This document shows, one piece after another, positions 27,006 to 33,798 of a stretch of 41,905 bases of DNA. Location: the NCBI GenBank assembly GCA_026398285.1, contig JAPLTI010000215.1, forward strand, positions 1 through 41,905, given 5' to 3'. The DNA comes from Verrucomicrobiota bacterium (lineage in GTDB: Bacteria; Verrucomicrobiota; Verrucomicrobiia; Chthoniobacterales; Terrimicrobiaceae). The position numbers and the translations under genes were made by a program. How positions within the stretch are numbered: position 1 is the first letter of the stretch; every line of letters starts with the position of its first letter. The notes below the pieces were generated by a model. It saw nothing but the letters and a program-made list of their open reading frames with translations. It searched no databases and was not told the origin of the DNA.

Positions 27006-27036
27006 GCCAAGCTTTCCATCGCCATGGGGCAGCGGA

Positions 27037-28836
27037 TCAATCAGCAGGCCCATACACGCGTATTTCCTGCAGAGCGGGGCATGCGGCACCATGCGTGGAA
27101 AGAAGTGTGCAGCGCAAAGACTGGACTTGGATAGGCGGCGAGAAGCGATGAATGCGGCGTCGTTGGTGATTGGCTTCCACTTTTGCAAGCAAACGCCCTT
27201 CGCCATCGTGCAGTTCGTAGCTCTTCACGATTTCAGGCTGCGCCCCTCGGATGATTTTGCGGCTGGAATGGTCGCTGGCCGAAAGCATCAACTCGCGATC
27301 GAGGCCGGAATCGAAGCACAGGTGGATTTCCCCAACCTGAATCGGGGAATTCCAGGAAAGCTCGATCCAGGCTGTTCCTTCCGCCGCTTTCCAAGCATGG
27401 GACTCGCCATCCGCCCACGGGCCGAGATGGCTGGGAAGCGGACGGGACAGCCCATCGACCACCGCCTCCGCCGGATGCCCAGGCAGCTCCGATGACGAGG
27501 CAATTTTCGCTTGTGGAGCCAAATCCGTAGGATCGGAGTTTCGGTGGCCGGGCAAAAAGACATCGTCTTTCAAAAGCTGTTGCTGGATTTTTTCAATAGT
27601 CTCGGGTGTAGCCAGCGCGGCGATATCGTTTCCCTCGCCGGAAGCCAACACAGCCGCTGCAGTCCCCACCGCCTGCCCGGCCAAAGCGCAGGTGGCCATC
27701 ACTCGCGTGCTGGCAAACGCCACATGCGTGGCACTCAGATTCCGCCCTGCAAAGAACAGGTTCGGCACATTACGCGAATGAAGGCAACCCAGTGGAATCG
27801 TGAACAGATGCGGGAAGTGAATCTGCTCGCAGGGTTGCTCCTCCGGAGCATCAATTCCCATCGGGGGATGCAGGTCAACCCACCACCCCCCATAAGCGAT
27901 TGCATCGTCGAAAATCCGACCCGAAAACACATCATCTTGAGTGAGCACATGACGCCCGAGGAATCTGCGGCTCTCGCGCTTGCCAGGCAGGTTACCCACC
28001 CAGTCCAATGTCCAGTTCGCCGCATCCGGATGGTCGCCGGAATTTTTCACATAGTCCCACACGCCAAGCGCGATCCTCAACAATTCATGCCGGATCACTG
28101 TTGGACTGTCCGCAATGGTATTCAGGTGCCCGCCCCACTCGAACCACCAGTAGCCATATTCATAGCTCTGGATCGGTCGGTGTTTGAAATCCTCCTTGCG
28201 GAATTTGCGAATCCAATCCGGAGCAATAAAAGCCTGAGGGGTCTCGCAGCGTCGACCCGTCAGCAAGATCGAGCTTCCAAGAGTCTTGTCGTCGCCCTGC
28301 TCAAGGGCCAGAGACTCGCCGAAATCACTTTGGGCCTCGCGACCCCGAAGGAACTCCGCACCGGCGGCCGCCCCCAAGCCACCATCCCCCGTGCAATCGG
28401 CAAAAAACCGCGCCCGAACCACAAACTCCTCCTCGGTGGAACTGCGCACAGCCCTCAAACTTTTGATCGACCCATCGGCTGCCCGCTCACATCCCAAGCA
28501 CGCGGTGTCGAGCAACAGAGTCAGGTTCGGTTCAGCCACTGCTTTTTCATAGAGCAGGACATCCCAGAGCGAGTAACAGCGGCCCGGATTGCGGAACGCA
28601 TCCTCCAGACGCAGTTCCTCGATGAGGCCAGTCTCGCGCGCGCCCGGTCTCGAGCCGTGACAATCCGCACCAACCACATGCATTTTGATTTCGGACGATG
28701 CATTCCCACCTAAAACTGAGCGATCCTGCACCAACACGGTTCGCAAACCGTTTCGTGCCCCCGCCAAAGCCGCGCAAAGCCCCGCCAAACCGCCACCGGC
28801 GACCGCCAAGTCCATTTCAAGATGTGTGGTTTTCAT
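27037..28836 (-). CDS. FAD-dependent oxidoreductase (FAD_oxidored-type Rossmann fold) with a C-terminal galactose-binding/discoidin-like domain
   Basis: 599 aa. The N-terminus DLAVAGGGLAGLCAALAGARNGLRTVLVQDRSVLGGNASSE is a GxGxxG dinucleotide fold. The tail ...WIELSWNSPIQVGEIHLCF...LQEIRVYG resembles an F5/8 type C domain. There is no signal peptide. Confidence 0.85.
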   Translation of the reverse strand: MKTTHLEMDLAVAGGGLAGLCAALAGARNGLRTVLVQDRSVLGGNASSEIKMHVVGADCHGSRPGARETGLIEELRLEDAFRNPGRCYSLWDVLLYEKAVAEPNLTLLLDTACLGCERAADGSIKSLRAVRSSTEEEFVVRARFFADCTGDGGLGAAAGAEFLRGREAQSDFGESLALEQGDDKTLGSSILLTGRRCETPQAFIAPDWIRKFRKEDFKHRPIQSYEYGYWWFEWGGHLNTIADSPTVIRHELLRIALGVWDYVKNSGDHPDAANWTLDWVGNLPGKRESRRFLGRHVLTQDDVFSGRIFDDAIAYGGWWVDLHPPMGIDAPEEQPCEQIHFPHLFTIPLGCLHSRNVPNLFFAGRNLSATHVAFASTRVMATCALAGQAVGTAAAVLASGEGNDIAALATPETIEKIQQQLLKDDVFLPGHRNSDPTDLAPQAKIASSSELPGHPAEAVVDGLSRPLPSHLGPWADGESHAWKAAEGTAWIELSWNSPIQVGEIHLCFDSGLDRELMLSASDHSSRKIIRGAQPEIVKSYELHDGEGRLLAKVEANHQRRRIHRFSPPIQVQSLRCTLLSTHGAACPALQEIRVYGPAD

Positions 28837-29921
28837 AGCTCTTTAAAAAAGTTCTTCGTCAATGCGACCGAAAGGCTGAACGAGCGCCGCCCCTCACCGG
28901 CGGGAAGACAGGCGACCTGCAAAGCCACCGCATTGCCATTCCCATCAAAAGTCATTTGAGGACGCTCCAAGCGGTTCATGCTCTCAACTGTCCCATCATC
29001 CCATCGCACAGTCGCGCCGGAAACCGGGGGAATCCGGGAAAGTTTCCACTCCAACGCATTTGGCGATTCATAGAATGCCAGTGTGCGCCCAGCGCCAGCA
29101 AGAACGCCCTCGTTGTCCTTCAGAACCGCTCGAAACTTGCCCGCACGGGCATCCCACCACACAAAGGGATCCTCCGCCGCGAAGACCGCACCTTCAACTT
29201 GAAATGGATGGACTCCTTTAAACTTCTTGTAAGTTCCCCCAGGTAACGGCGACTCCGCCACGCCGTGCAACACTTCTTTGCCAAATGGCCGAGGCCCATC
29301 CGTGACCCCCTTGTAAATCATCACCCAACCCCCGTCGGGTTTTGCGGACACACTCGGATTGTTCACGACTAAGGAATCCCACCCTTCCGGATTCACTTCG
29401 ACCGAAGGTTGGTCCTCTGTTTTCCATGGTCCCAAGGGATGCCGCGCCATCGCGATGCCAATCCGCTGGTTGTTCCGGTGCTCCCACCAACGATCATCCT
29501 TCGGGATTTCCCCGACAGTCGGCAAGCCCCGCCGGTATGGCCCAAAGGTTCCTGTGTAGGCCATCCACAGCGTTTCCCCTGCAGCAAAGATTGTCGGGTT
29601 ATGCCCAGTGTCCCTGTCCCACAACGCCCCTCCTTCAACCGGAAGCACACACCGGTTTTCGGGAAAAAACGGACCCGTTGGCGACTCTCCGCGAGCCACC
29701 GCCACCTCAGAGTGCGTCGCCCAAGCCTCGAATCCCAAATCCTCCCTCCACCGTGAGTAGAACAACCACCAGGCTCCGCCCCATTCGCAGACACTCCCGC
29801 ACCACACATGCCACCCCTGCTCCTCAAAAACATTTCCTCGTTTTGCCTCCAGCACCCGACTCTTCCCCTCCGAGTTCAAAACCCCATTCGAAGAATCTGC
29901 CGCAAAATTTAGATTGACCAT
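28833..29921 (-). CDS. Five-bladed beta-propeller glycoside-hydrolase-like protein (GH43/GH117-like clan), cytoplasmic
   Basis: 362 aa. The W-rich blades (WHVWCGSV, AWWLFYSRW, GHNPTIF, LWMAYTG, AEDPFVWWD, NRLERPQM) resemble clan GH-F enzymes. There is no signal peptide. The family assignment is unverified. Confidence 0.6.
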   Translation of the reverse strand: MVNLNFAADSSNGVLNSEGKSRVLEAKRGNVFEEQGWHVWCGSVCEWGGAWWLFYSRWREDLGFEAWATHSEVAVARGESPTGPFFPENRCVLPVEGGALWDRDTGHNPTIFAAGETLWMAYTGTFGPYRRGLPTVGEIPKDDRWWEHRNNQRIGIAMARHPLGPWKTEDQPSVEVNPEGWDSLVVNNPSVSAKPDGGWVMIYKGVTDGPRPFGKEVLHGVAESPLPGGTYKKFKGVHPFQVEGAVFAAEDPFVWWDARAGKFRAVLKDNEGVLAGAGRTLAFYESPNALEWKLSRIPPVSGATVRWDDGTVESMNRLERPQMTFDGNGNAVALQVACLPAGEGRRSFSLSVALTKNFFKEL

Positions 29922-29941
29922 AATTGTGAAAATACTTACAT
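29914..29941 (+). promoter_or_regulatory. Promoter-like element, copy e (TTGACC-N16-TTACAT) in the divergent region upstream of the GH29 gene
   Basis: agaTTGACCataattgtgaAAATACTTACATtctt. The -35-like box overlaps the start codon (29921) of the divergent minus-strand gene. Read on the minus strand, the same near-palindromic core gives GTAAGTATTTTCACAAT immediately before that ATG. Confidence 0.4.
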
Positions 29942-30066
29942 TCTTATTCTGGCGATGTTTTTTTTTCCATCAAGAAAAAAACGGCTCCATTTTTTCGGGG
30001 TTCCTCCAATGGCCAAAACAACCAACATCCACAACAACACACAACGATCCGCTCTGCTCAAATCCT

Positions 30067-31371
30067 ATGAACGCATCCCCACGCTACACCCGCTCCGGCG
30101 ACATATCCTGGTTTTCAAACGATGCTTTTGGCCTTTTCATTCATCTTGGCATTAATTCTTCAGCCGCCATCGAGCCTTCCTGGCCGATGAAAGCCTTCAG
30201 CGCCGAGGACGCGGACAGCGACTCGGCGGAGCGCTGGACTCCGGAGCGCTATTACGCGCTGGCTCCGAAATTCACCGCAGCCGCCTACGATCCGGAGCAC
30301 TGGGCTGCCGTAGCGAAAGAAGCGGGCTGCCGCTATGCCGTCTTGGGCACCAAGCATCACGATGGCTTCTGCCTCTGGCCCACAAAAACGAAGGATCTCC
30401 ACTCAGGCAATCATGGTCCCAAGCGGGATTTGGTCGGACCATTTGTGGAGGCCACTCGCAAGGCGGGACTCAAGGTCGGATTGTATCTCTCACTCATCGA
30501 CTGGGAGGATCCCGACTTTGTTTCGATGCCGGCCTCATTCCGGTTCTCTTCGCCAGTGCGTCCCGTGGAGTTCGACCCCGCCCGCTGGCAGCGCTTTCTC
30601 CAGCGCCTCTTCAAGCAGGTCGAAGAGCTTTTGACAAACTACGGCAAGATCGACCTCTTCTGGTTTGATGTCCCTGGTTGGGGGAGCGACCTCTGGCACG
30701 CGGACGAGTTGAAAATGATGATGCTCGGTCTCCAACCCCACATCATTTGCAACGACCGGTTGCCCGGCGCGGGCGATTTCACCACACCCGAACAACAAAT
30801 TCCGCTCGACCCCATTCAGGGCCCCTGGGAGACCTGCATGACCACCAACGAGACCTGGGGCTATCATCCCGATCCGGCGAAATACAAGTCCGCCCGCACT
30901 CTTGTTCGCAACCTTTGCGAAATCCGCTCCCTTGGTGGAAATCTCCTCCTCAATGTCGGCCCCGATGCCGAAGCCCGCTTCCCTGAGATGGCTTGCCAGC
31001 GCTTGTCCGAACTCGGCAGCTGGCTGGCGAAATCGGGAGATGGCATCTTTGGCGCCTCACGGGGTATTGACTACCGCCACTTCTGGGGACCCACCACCCG
31101 CAAGGGGAACACTCTCTATTGCCACCTGCCAGCAACGCCCGATCCCGACTTCGAACTGCGTGGCATTGCCGACGATCCACGCCGGGTTTATCTTCTCCAA
31201 TCGGGCGAGGACTTGCCTTTCCGCCGTGTGGCCAACCGCATTGTCATCGATTGCAGCGGCAAGGCACTCGACCCGCTCGGCCCCACCGTGGCTATCGAAT
31301 TCGCCGCGCCCCCCGCAGCACTCGAATTCTCATCCACCGTCTTCACCGCCAGAGGCACCCCTCTGTGGTAG
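30067..31371 (+). CDS. Alpha-L-fucosidase, GH29 family (no signal peptide)
   Basis: The ORF is 29914..31371. The ATG at 30067 gives MNASPRYTRSGDISWFSNDAFGLFIHLG. It has the GH29 hallmarks YAVLGTKHHDGFCLWPT and FWFD. Confidence 0.9.
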   Translation: MNASPRYTRSGDISWFSNDAFGLFIHLGINSSAAIEPSWPMKAFSAEDADSDSAERWTPERYYALAPKFTAAAYDPEHWAAVAKEAGCRYAVLGTKHHDGFCLWPTKTKDLHSGNHGPKRDLVGPFVEATRKAGLKVGLYLSLIDWEDPDFVSMPASFRFSSPVRPVEFDPARWQRFLQRLFKQVEELLTNYGKIDLFWFDVPGWGSDLWHADELKMMMLGLQPHIICNDRLPGAGDFTTPEQQIPLDPIQGPWETCMTTNETWGYHPDPAKYKSARTLVRNLCEIRSLGGNLLLNVGPDAEARFPEMACQRLSELGSWLAKSGDGIFGASRGIDYRHFWGPTTRKGNTLYCHLPATPDPDFELRGIADDPRRVYLLQSGEDLPFRRVANRIVIDCSGKALDPLGPTVAIEFAAPPAALEFSSTVFTARGTPLW

Positions 31372-31380
31372 AAAAATAAA

Positions 31381-32781
31381 ATGCAGCCCCAAGCCGCCCC
31401 CCCGTCGCCGCAGACCCCGTATTCCGCACCGCGCAAGCAAATGTGGATATGGGGTCTCGGCGGCGTCTCCGAGGCCACGATGGCCCAAATTTTTGGAATC
31501 CTTTTCAATATTTTCCAAACTTGGTTCGGGGTCGACCCGAAGCTGCTTGGCTCGGTCTTCGCCCTGCCACGCCTCATCGATGCCTTCCTCGATCCCGCCT
31601 TGGGGCACTTTTCTGACAATCTCCATACCCGCTGGGGCCGCCGCAAACCCATCCTCCTTGCAACAAGCCTAATCGGAGCCTTGGTGATGGCAGGCATCTG
31701 GTGGCTCGACCCCTCGTGGCCCCAATGGGTCCAGGCAATATATCTTTTTGTCTTCGCAACGACCTACTACTGCGCCCTCGGCACTTTCGGTATGTCTCAT
31801 CAGGCCCTTGGCTATGAATTGACCGATGACTACCACGAGCGCTCCCGATTCATCGCCATCAAAGCGGTTTTCACGACACTCGTCACCATGATGGTCTCGT
31901 GGAGCTACAAAACCGCCGATCTTCCCTTTTTCGGCGACCGCATCACGGGCATCCGCTGGGTCGGATTTTTCTTCGCCTGCCTCGTTGTGTGCTTCACGAT
32001 CCCCGTCCTTCGCCACTCCAAGGAACGCTTCGCCCGCTCAAGCGGGGAGCATGCCGGTCTCCTCACATCGCTCCGCCAAGCCATGGGACTCCAACCCTTT
32101 CGCGTCTATATCGCCATGCGATTCTTTTCCGCTTTTGGACTCGTCATTTTCAACCAGCTCAATTTTTTCATCAACCTCTACTTCGTCTGCTCCGGTAACC
32201 AATCCCAAGCCTACGAGATCATGGGCTGGTCCCTCACACTCACGGCCCTCCTATCCCTTGCCCTCATGCCGCTTGTCCCGAAAATTTCCAAAAAAATCGG
32301 GAAACGCACCGGATTCATTATTAGCTCCGGACTGGCCCTATTCCAAGCCGTGCTGGTGCCTTTGCTCTACACCCCGTCCAACCCTTACCTCCAATTGGTG
32401 GCCGCCGCCGTCACCGCCCCCCTCATTGCCATCGGCGTTGTTCTCCGCGATGCTATAGTTCCCGACATTTGCGACCTCGACGAACTTACCCATGGAAAAC
32501 GCCGCGAGGGACTCCTTTCCGCCGCCATCGCCTTCGTCTATAAGCTCGAAGTCTCCCTCTGCGTCTTCATCGTCGGGCTCCTTCTCGCGTGGGTCGGCCT
32601 CGACCAATCCCTCTCCACCCAGTCTCCGGATGCCATTACCCGACTCCAGTGGGCCACTTTCGCCCCCAATATCCTCTGCTCCGCGCTCGCCTTTTTCTTC
32701 GCCACCCGCTTCTCGATCACCGAAGACCAAGCACGCCAAACCATCCAAACCCTTATCCAACGCCGCTCCCAAGCACCCTAA
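31381..32781 (+). CDS. MFS-type glycoside-pentoside-hexuronide (GPH):cation symporter
   Basis: 466 aa with about 12 TM segments. The GPH signature is LPRLIDAFLDPALGHFSDNLHTRWGRRKP. It starts 9 nt after the GH29 stop. Confidence 0.9.
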   Translation: MQPQAAPPSPQTPYSAPRKQMWIWGLGGVSEATMAQIFGILFNIFQTWFGVDPKLLGSVFALPRLIDAFLDPALGHFSDNLHTRWGRRKPILLATSLIGALVMAGIWWLDPSWPQWVQAIYLFVFATTYYCALGTFGMSHQALGYELTDDYHERSRFIAIKAVFTTLVTMMVSWSYKTADLPFFGDRITGIRWVGFFFACLVVCFTIPVLRHSKERFARSSGEHAGLLTSLRQAMGLQPFRVYIAMRFFSAFGLVIFNQLNFFINLYFVCSGNQSQAYEIMGWSLTLTALLSLALMPLVPKISKKIGKRTGFIISSGLALFQAVLVPLLYTPSNPYLQLVAAAVTAPLIAIGVVLRDAIVPDICDLDELTHGKRREGLLSAAIAFVYKLEVSLCVFIVGLLLAWVGLDQSLSTQSPDAITRLQWATFAPNILCSALAFFFATRFSITEDQARQTIQTLIQRRSQAP

Positions 32782-32809
32782 ACCCCTCCAAAAAACCCAG
32801 AAATTTTTT

Positions 32810-32836
32810 TTGACTCCTAAAAGTAAGTAATTACAC
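32810..32836 (+). promoter_or_regulatory. Promoter-like element, copy f (TTGACT-N15-TTACAC) upstream of the PEP-CTERM repeat giant
   Basis: tttTTGACTcctaaAAGTAAGTAATTACACtaagg, 24 nt upstream of the ATG at 32860. Confidence 0.45.
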
Positions 32837-32859
32837 TAAGGTTTCCAACCCTTCCAAAC

Positions 32860-33798
32860 ATGTCTTCCCTCTTTCCTCGGAATGCTTGCATCCCGAAAAC
32901 CTACCCCAGATATCTCCTCCTTGCCGCCGTGACCTTCTGCGCTCTGCCTTGCGCCTCGCTGAAGGCCGCCAACTTGTATTGGGATAGCAACGGTGCCACC
33001 GCCGGCGCTGGGGCCACGCCGAACGGCACATGGGGCGTGAATTCCTTCTGGAACACCGCAGCAGCCGGAACCGCTGGCACCTTCTCCACGGGCATGACGC
33101 AAGCAGATGATGGCTACTTCTCAGCAGGAACTGATGCCATCAATGCCTACACCGTGACTGTTAACGGAACGCAAGCGGCAGGTAATCTCTTTTTCCAAGA
33201 GGGCACACCAACTCTCACCGGCGGCACTATTGCCCTAGGAGCCGCAAAGACTCTGACTGCCGTAGCCACACTCAACGGCACAGCAACGATAGCGTCTGCG
33301 CTCACTGTGAATAGCACAGCTGGTAATACAACCCTCACTCTAACCGCTAACGATGGAGCCGCCGCAACGGATCTTTTGATTACCGGTCCCATCTCGGCTA
33401 CCTCTGCAAATACTTACCAACTCCGTTTCAGTGGAGCTGGTAATGCTCGCATCGAGGGAGCCATTTCTGGTCACGGCGGCACATTAGGAGCTTCAACGTG
33501 GAACGGCACAGTCACTATTGCCGGAAACCAAAACCTGGGATCAAGTAAAGTTGATCTTACATACGCTGGAAACAAACTTGTTATGGGTAACAGCACCAGC
33601 GATGTGCAGAGCTCGGTTCGCTCGCGGCCACCGGCTTCACCTTCGGAGTGTTGGGAACGAACGACTCCACCCAATCCGGCATTCTCAAGCTCTCTGGCGG
33701 CAACGCCACCTTCACCGGCGCGGCCTCCCAGATCATCGTCCACGGCACCGGCAGCAAGATCATCGGCGGAGCCGCCAGCTACGGCACCCTCACCATGA
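32860..33798 (+). CDS. N-terminal fragment (signal peptide plus first repeats) of a frameshift-interrupted autotransporter-associated beta-strand-repeat protein
   Basis: The signal is MSSLFPRNACIPKTYPRYLLLAAVTFCALPCASLKA, followed by ANLYWDSNGATAGAG and G/T/N-rich beta-strand repeats. The protein-like sequence ends near 33609 (..MGNSTSDVQ). After that this frame reads P/S/R junk, while the repeat sequence continues in another frame. Confidence 0.8.
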   Translation: MSSLFPRNACIPKTYPRYLLLAAVTFCALPCASLKAANLYWDSNGATAGAGATPNGTWGVNSFWNTAAAGTAGTFSTGMTQADDGYFSAGTDAINAYTVTVNGTQAAGNLFFQEGTPTLTGGTIALGAAKTLTAVATLNGTATIASALTVNSTAGNTTLTLTANDGAAATDLLITGPISATSANTYQLRFSGAGNARIEGAISGHGGTLGASTWNGTVTIAGNQNLGSSKVDLTYAGNKLVMGNSTSDVQSSVRSRPPASPSECWERTTPPNPAFSSSLAATPPSPARPPRSSSTAPAARSSAEPPATAPSP

